A DNA stretch of 64,000 nt from a virus (taxonomy: Duplodnaviria; Heunggongvirae; Uroviricota; Caudoviricetes): the IMG/VR virus record IMGVR_UViG_3300046523_000117, one strand, 5' to 3'. Positions 10,562 to 20,435 of the stretch are shown here, piece by piece (positions within the stretch are counted from its first letter, which is position 1; each line of letters starts with the position of its first letter). The translations under genes were made by a program, and so were the position numbers. The notes under the pieces were generated by a model. The model searched no databases and was not told the origin of the DNA. It worked only from the letters and a program-made list of their open reading frames with translations.

Positions 10562-12184
10562 ATGGCACTACCTACATTCATCCAGAAAATGTTCGCACCG
10601 TTCGAAGACGAAACTAAACAGCTTCCGTCTATTGTTGGCCCTGCTAACGATGACGCGGCGATTGAACATGATGTTATGGATACTGGTGCATTTCAAAACT
10701 GGCGTGGTCACGGCATCGACCTTGAACCGTCATATAAGAATCTGCCAGACCTTATTGATATGTATCGCGACATTGCTTCAAATCATGAAGTGCTTTCCGG
10801 TATATCAGATATATGCGACCAAGCAATTGTAATGGATGAAGACCCGGCCTGCTTAAATCTGGACGGAACAGATTTCAGTGTTGCTATCCAGCTAAAAATG
10901 TCCGAAGAATTCAAGTTGATCCTGAAAATGCTTGATTACCGTCACAAGGGGTACGATTACTTCCGAGACTGGTATATCGATGGTCGGAAAGTTATGCTCA
11001 AGGTAATTGATCCTAACAACCCGAAGAAAGGCATTCAGGAACTGCGTATGCTTGAACCAAAACAAGTTGTTAAGGTTCGAGAAAATAGAAAATCAAATAT
11101 TGATGGTAATGAAATTGTCACTGGTGTTCACGACTTCTTTGTGTACCGCCCAGTAGACAAGACCGACCCTATCCATGTTGGATTCGGTATGCGTAAGGAT
11201 TATGTCCTACCGGTCGATATGGTCACCTATGCACACTCCGGCCTATTGGCACCGGATGGCAAAATGATCATTTCATATATTCACCAAGCAATCAAACCAG
11301 CCAACATGCTAAAAATGTTGGAAGACGCTGCATTGATTTACATGATCGTCCGTGCGCCGGAACGTCGTGTGTTCTATATCGATACTGGTAACCTCCCGAA
11401 AGCGAAAGCCGAACAATACGTTCGTGGGTTAATGACCGGTTTCAAGAACAAAATGTCATATGATGCAACGACAGGTAAAGTTAAAAACGGTTACAACACC
11501 CAATCCATGTTGGAAGACATGTGGTTGCCCCGCCGTGACGGTGGCAAAGGTACTGAAATTGATACCCTACCGGGTGGCAATAGCATGGACGCAACGGATC
11601 TGTTGAATTACTACAAACAGAATCTGTATGACGCCCTACAAGTTCCGGGTTCGCGTGCTGAATCGGGTGCAATGATCGACTTCGGAGCCGGTGGTACTGA
11701 AATCACCCGTGAAGAATTGAAGTTCGACAAATTTATCAAACGATTGCTACTGAAATTCTCTACCCTGTTGCTCGACCCACTTCGCACTAACTTGATTTTG
11801 AAGAAAATCATCACAGAAGAAGAATGGGAAGCGAACAAAAACGAAATTCTTGTCAAGTTTGCTGCTGACTCTTACTTTGCTGAGCGCAAACAAGCCGAAA
11901 TGATGCAAATGCGTCTAACCAACTATGCACAAGTACGTGACATTATTGGTGTGTATGTTTCGCATGAATGGGCTGCACAAGAAATTCTGAAAATGTCCCT
12001 CGAAGAAATCGAAGAACAGCGTAAGAAAATTATTGAAGAACAAAGCGATCCAATTTACAAACTTGCGGATCAACGTAACTTGGCAATGAACGGTGGTATC
12101 TCTGATACAGACCCATTTGCCCCAGCCCCGGACGGTATGCCCGGTGGTCAACAACCAAATCAACAAACTACCCCCGAGGTTTAA
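10562..12184 (+). CDS. gp20: Portal protein gp20
   Basis: WYIDGR..LKMLEDAALIY..RAPERRVFYIDTGNLPK.KAEQY..EDMWLPRRDGGKGTEI.TLPGG. Confidence 0.98.
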   Translation: MALPTFIQKMFAPFEDETKQLPSIVGPANDDAAIEHDVMDTGAFQNWRGHGIDLEPSYKNLPDLIDMYRDIASNHEVLSGISDICDQAIVMDEDPACLNLDGTDFSVAIQLKMSEEFKLILKMLDYRHKGYDYFRDWYIDGRKVMLKVIDPNNPKKGIQELRMLEPKQVVKVRENRKSNIDGNEIVTGVHDFFVYRPVDKTDPIHVGFGMRKDYVLPVDMVTYAHSGLLAPDGKMIISYIHQAIKPANMLKMLEDAALIYMIVRAPERRVFYIDTGNLPKAKAEQYVRGLMTGFKNKMSYDATTGKVKNGYNTQSMLEDMWLPRRDGGKGTEIDTLPGGNSMDATDLLNYYKQNLYDALQVPGSRAESGAMIDFGAGGTEITREELKFDKFIKRLLLKFSTLLLDPLRTNLILKKIITEEEWEANKNEILVKFAADSYFAERKQAEMMQMRLTNYAQVRDIIGVYVSHEWAAQEILKMSLEEIEEQRKKIIEEQSDPIYKLADQRNLAMNGGISDTDPFAPAPDGMPGGQQPNQQTTPEV

Positions 12185-12187
12185 AGC

Positions 12188-12715
12188 ATGAGCGAGATTT
12201 TGACCGCTGCCCTTGAACAGAATCCAATCGAGTTTCAAGCGAAGTTCGATGAAGCGATTAATGCCGCGATTCTAGCCACTGGCGCAACTGTTAAAGCCGA
12301 AATCCTGAAACCTTTCCAAGAAGCAAAGGGTGAAAACCCTTTTGCTGACAAGAAAGATGACAAGAAAGACGACAAAGACGAAAAAGATGATTCCGACAAG
12401 TCTGATAAAAAAGACAAGAAAGATGATGAAGACGAAGACGACAAAGACAAGGAAGACAAAGACTCAAAAAAGTCTAATCTGACCGAGCGTACACTATCTT
12501 TCGAAGTTGGGAACCCAGCAAGTGCATCTAAGCAACTTAGAAGCAAAGGAATTGCAGCGGCTTCCGAACCGGGTGATGGCAAGGTCGTCAAAGTTAAAGT
12601 TGCGACCCCAGAAGATGGCCGTAAAATTTCGGCTTGGCTTTTAGACCAAGGCTGGTCGGAAAAAGAAGTACATCAAAAGTATCCAGAACTGTCACGTCTG
12701 ACTAAGGGCAAGTAA
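12188..12715 (+). CDS. gp67: Prohead core protein gp67-like with C-terminal extension
   Basis: Follows gp20; helical N-terminus then D/K-rich tract as in T4 gp67. Confidence 0.7.
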   Translation: MSEILTAALEQNPIEFQAKFDEAINAAILATGATVKAEILKPFQEAKGENPFADKKDDKKDDKDEKDDSDKSDKKDKKDDEDEDDKDKEDKDSKKSNLTERTLSFEVGNPASASKQLRSKGIAAASEPGDGKVVKVKVATPEDGRKISAWLLDQGWSEKEVHQKYPELSRLTKGK

Positions 12716-13149
12716 TGTTCGAACTAGGTCTTCAAGATATTCTTGGGACTTTGTACGAGGCATCCGGTACTGGTTACAGATACAAATACGAGTTGGGGCC
12801 AAAAGAGCTAGCAATGGTTCTTACCCAACTCGATTTGACTTCTAAGCAGGTTGGGGATTCGTTGAACATTAGCGATAATGACGACGATGAAGACAATCAA
12901 GTATTGGGCAACTATTCCAACGGGGTTCTAAACACCGACATCAAGGTTCAAGATTACTTGGATCTGAAAGTCGTGAAGAAACTGGTTAAGGAATCGCACA
13001 TCAAAAAAGATGGTTCGCTTGATATGCGCAGACTGCTTGGCAAAGCCACTAAGAAGTATCAATCACTTGTCGCGCAAGGGACTTATGCAACTCCGGTCGC
13101 CGGGGATGTAGCGGGATCACCGACAAACCCTGATAGCTCCGAAATTTAA
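12715..13149 (+). CDS. Hypothetical protein at gp68 (prohead core) position
   Basis: Synteny only; no clear similarity to T4 gp68 recognised. Confidence 0.45.
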   Translation: MFELGLQDILGTLYEASGTGYRYKYELGPKELAMVLTQLDLTSKQVGDSLNISDNDDDEDNQVLGNYSNGVLNTDIKVQDYLDLKVVKKLVKESHIKKDGSLDMRRLLGKATKKYQSLVAQGTYATPVAGDVAGSPTNPDSSEI

Positions 13150-13152
13150 CGA

Positions 13153-13160
13153 TATAAATA
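13153..13160 (+). promoter_or_regulatory. Late promoter TATAAATA (gp21)
   Basis: Exact consensus. Confidence 0.85.
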
Positions 13161-13179
13161 CTATCAGATAGAGGTTAAC

Positions 13180-13968
13180 ATGACTGATCAACTGATCGTC
13201 GAGTCGCAAGAGTACCTGTTCACGGAAGTTGAAGACTTCAAAGTGGAAATGGTTACCGAAGTTTCTAAAAACGGCGACAAAAATTTATACGTCGAAGGTA
13301 TTGCTATGCAGGCCGAGACACTAAACGGAAATGGTCGGGTTTACCCAACTGCCGTTATGTCAGAAGCCGTACAACAGTACATCGAACGATATGTAAGCAA
13401 GAACCAAGCCCTAGGCGAATGTGACCACCCCCCACGTCCTAACGTGCTGCTCTCAGAAGCCAGTCACTTGATTGAAAAGCTTTGGGTAGACGGGAACAAC
13501 ATTTGCGCCAGAGCGAAGCTGCTAGGCACCGAGAAGGGGCTTACAGTCCGTGCTTTGATTGAGGGTGGCTGGACTCCTACGGTTTCAACCCGCGGATTGG
13601 GTAAAGCGGTTCAAATTAATGAATCCCGTTCCAAGTTCGGTCGTGCTTACACAGAAATTACGAAATTCCAACTAACTGCTGGTTTTGACTTCGTACACAA
13701 CCAATCTGCACCCGGCGCTATTATGGCTGGAGTATATGAGTCCAACGGACAAATCTATATTCCCCTAAAACAGAAAGCCACAACTGATTGGGATCGGGTG
13801 TCTTACGGACTGCGCAATTTAGCAGGACTAAATACACCGATGATCATTGAATCAACCACCGGTCAAGATGGAATGAAATTGTCCACAAAGGGCGGCGTTC
13901 TCATTATTGAATGCGATACCAGTAAATGGTCCGTTCCGGTAAAAGAACTTAAAAAATATCTAGGTTAA
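13180..13968 (+). CDS. gp21: Prohead protease gp21
   Basis: LYVEGIAMQAE..NGNGRVYP..ALGECDHP..SHLI..VSTRGLG..DFVHNQSAPGA. Confidence 0.95.
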   Translation: MTDQLIVESQEYLFTEVEDFKVEMVTEVSKNGDKNLYVEGIAMQAETLNGNGRVYPTAVMSEAVQQYIERYVSKNQALGECDHPPRPNVLLSEASHLIEKLWVDGNNICARAKLLGTEKGLTVRALIEGGWTPTVSTRGLGKAVQINESRSKFGRAYTEITKFQLTAGFDFVHNQSAPGAIMAGVYESNGQIYIPLKQKATTDWDRVSYGLRNLAGLNTPMIIESTTGQDGMKLSTKGGVLIIECDTSKWSVPVKELKKYLG

Positions 13969-13992
13969 GGCTGGAACGCCCAGTCCAATTGA

Positions 13993-14000
13993 TATAAATA
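13993..14000 (+). promoter_or_regulatory. Late promoter TATAAATA (gp22)
   Basis: Exact consensus. Confidence 0.85.
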
Positions 14001-14027
14001 CTTCAAACAATTCTTGGAGAGTCTTTA

Positions 14028-14831
14028 ATGACTGACAAAACTATTGGCGCTGAGCTTCTAAATACTGATGAAGTGAAGGCGCTGTTCGAAAGTGTTGGTG
14101 CCCCGGCAGATAAGATTGACGACTTCGTAGAAGTTTTCAATGCTGCGGTAGCTGCACAAACCAAAGCCGGTGTTGACTCGCTGGTAGAGGCAAAAGTTAC
14201 AGAGCTGGAAGCCAAAGCCCTTGAACACACCAACTTCCTAAACGAAAAGGCCGAAGAATATAAAGTTCTGGTCAAAGAAGAAATGGAAGCCAAAGTTGAC
14301 GCCTATGTTAAACATTTTGCCGAAGAATTCGTCGCTGACAATAAGCCAGTGGTTGAATCCAACGTTAAGGCAGCCCTGTTTAGCTCTCTGATGGCAGAAC
14401 TGATCGGTGTTTTCGAAAACCATAACATCAAACTGTCCGATGAACAAAAAGACGTTCTGAGTATCGCAGAAGCAGAACTTGTATCTGTTAAAGAAACTCT
14501 AGCCGAATCTCAAGCCAAAGTCATCGAACTGAGCAAGACTATCAGTGAAAGTAAGAAAGCAGAAATCCTTGATGCTGCTGTTGCCGACATGACCGAATCG
14601 CAAGCCGAAAAAGTTCGCGAATTAGCATCGGATCTGATTTTCAGTGAAGCCTATGAAGCAAAAGTTAAACGCATTGTAGAAGCCATTGCAAGCAAACCAG
14701 CCGCACCCGCTGCCGACAAGACCGACGTAGTTACCGAAAGTGCTCCGCTTGTTGATGAAAAGCCTGCTGTTAGTTCGCATATGCAGTCGTATCTAGATGC
14801 CGCTAAAGGCCAATCGCGCCGTCTAGCGTAA
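14028..14831 (+). CDS. gp22: Prohead scaffold protein gp22
   Basis: Acidic coiled-coil between gp21 and gp23; ends MQSYLDAA. Confidence 0.9.
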   Translation: MTDKTIGAELLNTDEVKALFESVGAPADKIDDFVEVFNAAVAAQTKAGVDSLVEAKVTELEAKALEHTNFLNEKAEEYKVLVKEEMEAKVDAYVKHFAEEFVADNKPVVESNVKAALFSSLMAELIGVFENHNIKLSDEQKDVLSIAEAELVSVKETLAESQAKVIELSKTISESKKAEILDAAVADMTESQAEKVRELASDLIFSEAYEAKVKRIVEAIASKPAAPAADKTDVVTESAPLVDEKPAVSSHMQSYLDAAKGQSRRLA

Positions 14832-14898
14832 ATAATAGCGAAAAAGTGATTTATTTTCAAAATAAATCACTTTTTTACGAAAATTTGAATTTGATCGA

Positions 14899-14906
14899 TA
14901 TAAATA
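14899..14906 (+). promoter_or_regulatory. Late promoter TATAAATA (gp23)
   Basis: Exact consensus in AT-rich leader. Confidence 0.85.
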
Positions 14907-14960
14907 CATATATCAGAAACATTTTAAACCTTTTTAACAATTTCCATTCTGGAGAATAGA

Positions 14961-16472
14961 ATGACTGCTCTTACTGACAAGTGGCAAGCCCTTCTGGAAG
15001 ACAAAGAACTGCCTGCAATTGCTACCGCTAAAAAATCGGAAATCATTGCAACAATCCTTGAGAACCAAGAAAAAGACTTGCGCGAATCTGGTCAACTGAC
15101 CGAAGCCCAAGTACAGGGTGATTATACTGGTGGTGCAAGTGGCGTAGCTGCTGGTACAACTAGTGGTGGTATCGTGGGTACAGCTCCTGTAGTTATGGGT
15201 CTGGTACGCCGTGTTATGCCACAACTGATGGCTTTCGAAACAGTTGGTGTACAACCGCTGAATCAACCATCGGGCCAAGTTTTCTACCTTCGTTCCGTTT
15301 ACGGTTCGAACCCACGCGCTTCCGGCTTCACCGAAGCTTTCGCTCCGCAAAAAGCACCAATCGCTGGTTGGTCTGGTTCGCTGGGTGATGGTTCGGGTAT
15401 TGGCGCACTGCAAATTCCTAACGCCGTAGCTTATGTTGCCGCTGCTGTTATTGTTCCGAACGACTTCGTGAAGTTCACCGGTGCAAACAACTCTACCGAA
15501 TACATGCAGTTCGTTGGCGTTGCTAACCGTACTGTTGGTTCTGATGCTGCTGCTGATTTCCAAGCTGCTGTAGTTGCTAACCTGCTTGTTCCAGTTGGTT
15601 CGGGTCTTCTGACTTCGATTGCTGAAACAATGGAAAACTTCAACGGTACTTCGGGTAACCCATACGCTGAAATGTCGTTCCGTATCGACAAACAAACTGT
15701 AACTGCAAAATCTCGTCAACTGAAAGCTCAATACTCTATTGAACTTGCACAAGACCTGCGCGCCGTTCACGGTCTGGATGCTGACGCTGAGCTGTACGGT
15801 ATTCTGGCACAAGAAATTCTGGTCGAAATCAACCGCGAAACAGTTAACACCGTTCTGACCCAAGCCCAAACTGGTGCTGCTGGTATGACCGCTGGTACTA
15901 CTGTTGCTGGTACTTTCAACTTGGCAGATGCTAACGACGTTAAAAACGCTCGTTGGGCTGGTGAAGCTTACAAGGCTCTGTTAATCCAGATCGAAAAAGA
16001 AGCAAACGAAATCGGTCGTCAGACTGGACGTGGCAACGGTAACTTCATTATCGCTTCCCGTAACGTTGTTTCCGCTCTGGCAATGACTGATTCCCTAGTT
16101 AGCTGGGGCCAACAAGGTCTGCAAAACGGTACTCTGCAAACTGACACAAACAACAGTGTTTTCGCTGGTGTTCTAGGTGGTCGTTTCAAAGTGTTCATCG
16201 ATCAGTACGCTCAATTCGATTACTTCGTAGTTGGATACAAAGGCCAAACTGAAATGGACGCTGGTGTTTACTACAGCCCATACGTTCCGCTGACTACTCT
16301 GCGTGGACAAAACCCTGCGAACATGCAGCCGGTTATGGCTCTGAAAACTCGTTACGCCATGTCGGTTAACCCGTTTGCTCTGCCGCAAGAAGCACAAATC
16401 ATCGACGGTTCGCCTCTGCGCACCATCGGTAAGAACCCATACTACCGCCGTGTACTGGTAAAAGGTCTGTAA
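14961..16472 (+). CDS. gp23: Major capsid protein gp23
   Basis: KWQALLE..GVQPLNQPSGQVFYLRSVY..EMSFRIDK.TV.AKSRQLKA.YSIELAQDLRAVHGLDADAEL..YYRRVLVKGL. Confidence 0.99.
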   Translation: MTALTDKWQALLEDKELPAIATAKKSEIIATILENQEKDLRESGQLTEAQVQGDYTGGASGVAAGTTSGGIVGTAPVVMGLVRRVMPQLMAFETVGVQPLNQPSGQVFYLRSVYGSNPRASGFTEAFAPQKAPIAGWSGSLGDGSGIGALQIPNAVAYVAAAVIVPNDFVKFTGANNSTEYMQFVGVANRTVGSDAAADFQAAVVANLLVPVGSGLLTSIAETMENFNGTSGNPYAEMSFRIDKQTVTAKSRQLKAQYSIELAQDLRAVHGLDADAELYGILAQEILVEINRETVNTVLTQAQTGAAGMTAGTTVAGTFNLADANDVKNARWAGEAYKALLIQIEKEANEIGRQTGRGNGNFIIASRNVVSALAMTDSLVSWGQQGLQNGTLQTDTNNSVFAGVLGGRFKVFIDQYAQFDYFVVGYKGQTEMDAGVYYSPYVPLTTLRGQNPANMQPVMALKTRYAMSVNPFALPQEAQIIDGSPLRTIGKNPYYRRVLVKGL

Positions 16473-16501
16473 TAGATCGTTTACCGGGTTCAAAACAAAT
16501 C

Positions 16502-16529
16502 AAGGGAGTCCGAAAGGGCTCCCTTTTTT
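16502..16529 (+). terminator. Rho-independent terminator after gp23
   Basis: AAGGGAGTCC-gaaa-GGGCTCCCTT + T-run. Confidence 0.9.
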
Positions 16530-16546
16530 ATTGCCTAAAATTTCGG

Positions 16547-16574
16547 TTGACACCCATTCTGTTTCGGGTATGAT
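16547..16574 (+). promoter_or_regulatory. Sigma70-like promoter TTGACA-16-TATGAT
   Basis: TTGACA 16547-52, TATGAT 16569-74. Confidence 0.75.
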
Positions 16575-16595
16575 GGCGGCATTCAGAACAGAACG

Positions 16596-16877
16596 GTGAT
16601 TCAGATGAAATTGTCAGAAGCGTTGGAATTGTGTATCGAAAAAGGGTATTACGGCACTCAAGGTTCTCGGTTCATGTGCCATGCATTAACGGAAGCTGGT
16701 CAGGACGAACATGAATCGGCTGTTATGGCGATGGTCAACTCCATCAATCCCGCTGGCTTTGCACTGGCGTCTGCATTAAAACTTGATGGTAAGGGGTTGT
16801 CTTCGATGGACATTTTCGACATCTGCAAAGCCCATTACATCAAATGGATTGCCGAACTGAAAGAACAGGGGCTGTAA
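16596..16877 (+). CDS. Hypothetical protein
   Basis: First ORF after the promoter. Confidence 0.6.
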   Translation: MIQMKLSEALELCIEKGYYGTQGSRFMCHALTEAGQDEHESAVMAMVNSINPAGFALASALKLDGKGLSSMDIFDICKAHYIKWIAELKEQGL

Positions 16878-16880
16878 TTC

Positions 16881-17222
16881 ATGAAAACTGTTTGGGGAAC
16901 GCTGCAATCCATCAAAACCGATGGTCCTGCTGAAAAATATTACGGGATCTGTTCGAACTTCGAGAATTTGTGTGCAACGTGGTCGAATGTTTGGGATGAT
17001 AACTACGCGGCGTGTTTCAAAGCGTGGGATGAATTTAGCGGTAGTATCTACTACCCGATCCCCGGATTTGAAGACCGACCACCGAATGAAGCGTTCGATA
17101 TTGCTTCCGGCGATATCATGTGGGACCGGGACCATGAATACGGAGCTGCCCGATGGAGATTGTTGGATCATTGCATCGAATGGTTCAAGAACTTCGAAAC
17201 CAATCCACAACCAATGGTGTAA
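16881..17222 (+). CDS. Hypothetical protein
   Basis: Tightly packed ORF, aromatic-rich. Confidence 0.6.
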   Translation: MKTVWGTLQSIKTDGPAEKYYGICSNFENLCATWSNVWDDNYAACFKAWDEFSGSIYYPIPGFEDRPPNEAFDIASGDIMWDRDHEYGAARWRLLDHCIEWFKNFETNPQPMV

Positions 17223-17223
17223 A

Positions 17224-17457
17224 ATGACAACGGAAATGGAAGAACTGTTCAAACGCTATCCACAATGTATGTCGGAGCTGCGATATAATATCATGGCTAA
17301 CGATCTGGAATACGCCGACAGTTACAGGATGTGTTTCATTGATGATGCATACCAGAAAGTAGATTACGACAACGCGATTAGCTGTTGTGGAACCTTCGAA
17401 TTCCGTATGCAGGTAGATGGTCGCGAAGTGCTTGTAGGTTGCAACTACGGACATTGA
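17224..17457 (+). CDS. Hypothetical protein (CCG...NYGH C-terminus)
   Basis: Internal ATG of track ORF 16921..17457 immediately after preceding stop; ends before terminator. Confidence 0.6.
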   Translation: MTTEMEELFKRYPQCMSELRYNIMANDLEYADSYRMCFIDDAYQKVDYDNAISCCGTFEFRMQVDGREVLVGCNYGH

Positions 17458-17463
17458 GACAAT

Positions 17464-17490
17464 AAAAAAGGGAGCCATTTGGCTCCCTTT
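17464..17490. terminator. Bidirectional terminator
   Basis: A6-GGGAGCCA-TTT-GGCTCCC-TTT between convergent genes. Confidence 0.85.
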
Positions 17491-17494
17491 CTTT

Positions 17495-17761
17495 TTAGAA
17501 ATTCACTAATTGCCAATCATCGGCAAGAATATCTGTTTGTGCTGCGGTCCAAACTGCGCATTTGCCATCGGCTGTACGCATATCAATGTGTGGACAGTAA
17601 TCAATCTCTGTGCCTTCCGGGAACAATCCCAATAGAGGCGCACGACTTACGGTAAATTTTGATCCTGAAACTAAATACAGGAACATTCCTTTACCATTCC
17701 AACCTGCTCGGCAGACTCTGGCACCGGCTTTCAATGCCGATAGTGCTTCACCAAAATTCAT
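17495..17761 (-). CDS. tad2: DUF2829 / Tad2-family (Thoeris anti-defence sponge-like) protein
   Basis: MNFGEAL..LK.G..V.RAGWNGKGMFLYL..TADG...W...QTDILADDW, as recalled for Tad2. Confidence 0.8.
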   Translation of the reverse strand: MNFGEALSALKAGARVCRAGWNGKGMFLYLVSGSKFTVSRAPLLGLFPEGTEIDYCPHIDMRTADGKCAVWTAAQTDILADDWQLVNF

Positions 17762-18297
17762 TATTTGGCTTCCGCGAATCTAGAACTGGATTGGCAACGA
17801 ACTTTTACAGTTCCGTTGATGTCTTGCCAGTAATGAATCGATTTCAGTCCGGCTTGCACATGGGCTGGGTGGTCTTTGATGCTGTGTTGCCAGCCTACAA
17901 TTTGAACCAACTCGAACACAGCTTTCGGGCATGGAATATGACCAGTCTGTGCATCACCAACCATCGTCGGCACTAGGATCGGTTTGTAGTCATCAACGAT
18001 GGTCAACCCAAATTTGGCTTCGAAATCATCTTGTTCAACCACAACTACTGGCTCTGGGGCTTCGTCAGCTTCGATTACAGGGGTTTTAGCCGGTGTATTG
18101 CTAACGTCGCCTAGGTCTTCGCCATCCGCGTCAACAGAGAGCGTTACAGGGGCTTTGGAAACAGGCTCTAGATCGGTAACGACCTTTTCACCATCGATTA
18201 CTTCGACTTTCGCCAGTTCTTGGGTTTGTGCTTGAGCGGCTAGGACTGCCTTTTCGGCATTCGACTTGCGGCCAGCTTTTTTGGTTTGGGTGGTCAT
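17761..18297 (-). CDS. inh: Inhibitor of prohead protease Inh
   Basis: C-terminus LKSIHYW..NGTVKVR..SSRF parallels T4 Inh; divergent from seg/uvsW as in T4; ACTAAATA late promoter at 18332-18339 (-). Confidence 0.75.
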   Translation of the reverse strand: MTTQTKKAGRKSNAEKAVLAAQAQTQELAKVEVIDGEKVVTDLEPVSKAPVTLSVDADGEDLGDVSNTPAKTPVIEADEAPEPVVVVEQDDFEAKFGLTIVDDYKPILVPTMVGDAQTGHIPCPKAVFELVQIVGWQHSIKDHPAHVQAGLKSIHYWQDINGTVKVRCQSSSRFAEAK

Positions 18298-18337
18298 TCA
18301 AGACTCCATAAATAAAGGATATTAACAACCATATTTA

Positions 18338-18970
18338 GTGCCCCAAATGACTGCTGGAATTTATCGGATTCAAAACCTTATCGACGGGAAGATGTATATA
18401 GGAAGCTCGAAGGATATGGAATTTCGTCGTAAAGAGCATTTCCGGTACTTGGCTGGTGGATATCATGCCAATCAAAAGCTGCAATCGGCATTCAATAAAT
18501 ATGGGCGTTCATGTTTCTCATTTCATTTCCTAGAAGAATATGAGGGTGATACACCCGGCTTGTTGGAGCTTGAACAGTCCTACCTAGACAAACTTGATTT
18601 CAGATCGAATTACAACATCGCATTGATAGCCGGTGCCCCAATGGCAGGACTACGCCATACAGACGATGCTAAATATCGTATGTCGGTTAACACCAGCGGC
18701 GAAAAGAATCCAATGTTTGGTGTTCCGTCTCCGATGGCCGGTAAAAACCATACCGAAGAAGTCAAACAGAAAATCTCAGACCACCATACCGGTTCTGGCA
18801 ATCCAATGTTTGGAAAATCTGGGGCATTAAGTCCGACCAGCAAGAAAGTTATTGTGGACGGTATTCAATATGATTCCTTAACCCTAGCCGGTCAATCGCT
18901 GGGTGTAACACGGAAAGTCGTTGAATACCGTATTAAATCTGAGAAATACCAAGGCTACCGTTATGCATGA
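18338..18970 (+). mobile_element. Free-standing GIY-YIG (Seg-like) homing endonuclease with NUMOD3-like repeats
   Basis: GIYRIQN...MYIGSS...R...H; SGEKNPMFG / HTEEVKQKIS repeats; T4 segE position; CATAAATA at 18307. Confidence 0.88.
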
Positions 18971-20435
18971 TATCACAATCAAAGAATTTAATCAGTCGTT
19001 CATATCTGTAACGGGTGACCCATCGGTTCGCTATGATCTAGCAGACCGATTCAAGTTTCATGTTGAAGGCTCCCAGTTCTCACCCAAGGTGCGCTACGGC
19101 GTGTGGGATGGTTTCATTCGGCTTTATAACATTCAAACCCAGTTGCTGCCAAAGGGTCTGTTCATCGAACTGCTGAAATATTGCAAACAGGAACAGTATT
19201 CAGTTAAGTGCGATCCATCCTTGATCCCTCAGAAAATCCAGAAACAGGATTTCGATGAATGGTTGGCAACCAAAAAGATTTACGCGAAAGGCAATCTGAT
19301 CAAACCACACTGGTATCAGTACGATACAGTATTGCACGCATTGAACAACCAACGCGGTCTGTTGAAACTTCCGACATCTGCTGGTAAGTCCCTGATCATT
19401 GCTCTATTGACTCGCTGGGAATATGAGGGTGAAGGCCGAGTGCTGATTCTGGTTCCGACCGATGTTCTAAGACAGCAAATGAACGAGGATTTGATTGAAT
19501 ACGGTCTGTTTACTCAAGACGAAATTCAAGTTCTAGATCCGAAGACCAAGAAAGGCCCATCGAGAAAGGTCGTTATCACCACATGGCAAACCGCTGCAAA
19601 GCAACCTGCTGAATGGATGCAACAGTTCACAATGCTGTTGAACGATGAAGTCCACCTTGCAACAGGCCAATCCCTGCAAACCATCAACGAAAAGTTGACC
19701 AATGCGGAATACAAACTTGGTTTGACTGGTACTCTGAAAGATACCAAATGCCATATCATGCAATTGACTGGTTTGTTCGGTGAAGTATTTGCCCCGATCA
19801 CAACCCGCCAGATGATTGATGAAGGTTCGGCCTCGGCTATCTCGGTTAACGGATTCATCCTGAAATTCTCGGATGCTGATCGTCAAGCGGTTAAGAAGGC
19901 AACGTATCAAGAAGAAATTGATTTCATCATCAAACATGAAGGCCGGAACAAGTTCATCACGAATTTGGCCTGCCACTTCAAAGATGAAAACACCATTGTT
20001 CTGTTCAATCGGGTAGAACACGGTAAAGAGTTGTACAAACAGATTGTCAAGAAATTAGAAGGGACTGGACGGAAGGTCTATCTGATCTTTGGTGGTACTG
20101 CAAAGGACCATCGTACCGAAGCCAAGAAGAATCTAGAGAACGAGGTGGGATCGGTCGTAATTGCATCATACGGCGTTTTCTCTACAGGCGTGAGTATTAA
20201 CAACCTGCACAACGCGATCTTTGCCCACCCGACAAAGAGTAAGATCATTTCCCTACAGAGTCTGGGAAGACTGCTGCGGAAACACATTTCGAAAGCCAAA
20301 GCCAGAATGTTTGACTTGGTAGACGATTTGTGCTGGAAGTCCCACAAAAACTATGCCTACGGTCATGGTGAAGAACGATTGAAGTTCTACGATGCCGAGG
20401 AACACGAACTACACATCAAAGAGGTCAAAGTTTGA
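18963..20435 (+). CDS. uvsW: UvsW SF2 DNA helicase
   Basis: PHWYQ..LPTSAGKSL..NDEVH..GLTGT..ASYGVFSTGVSI..LQSLGRLLR; start moved to ATG 18963. Confidence 0.96.
   Translation: MHDITIKEFNQSFISVTGDPSVRYDLADRFKFHVEGSQFSPKVRYGVWDGFIRLYNIQTQLLPKGLFIELLKYCKQEQYSVKCDPSLIPQKIQKQDFDEWLATKKIYAKGNLIKPHWYQYDTVLHALNNQRGLLKLPTSAGKSLIIALLTRWEYEGEGRVLILVPTDVLRQQMNEDLIEYGLFTQDEIQVLDPKTKKGPSRKVVITTWQTAAKQPAEWMQQFTMLLNDEVHLATGQSLQTINEKLTNAEYKLGLTGTLKDTKCHIMQLTGLFGEVFAPITTRQMIDEGSASAISVNGFILKFSDADRQAVKKATYQEEIDFIIKHEGRNKFITNLACHFKDENTIVLFNRVEHGKELYKQIVKKLEGTGRKVYLIFGGTAKDHRTEAKKNLENEVGSVVIASYGVFSTGVSINNLHNAIFAHPTKSKIISLQSLGRLLRKHISKAKARMFDLVDDLCWKSHKNYAYGHGEERLKFYDAEEHELHIKEVKV

Noticed and set aside
12350-12470. 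GAC/AAA-rich repeat
   Set aside because: Encodes the D/K tract typical of gp67
14934-15869. 311 aa antisense ORF over gp23
   Set aside because: Shadow of biased codon usage; no RBS or promoter
16921-17223. 5' extension of ORF 16921..17457
   Set aside because: Overlaps a better-supported gene; real start likely 17224
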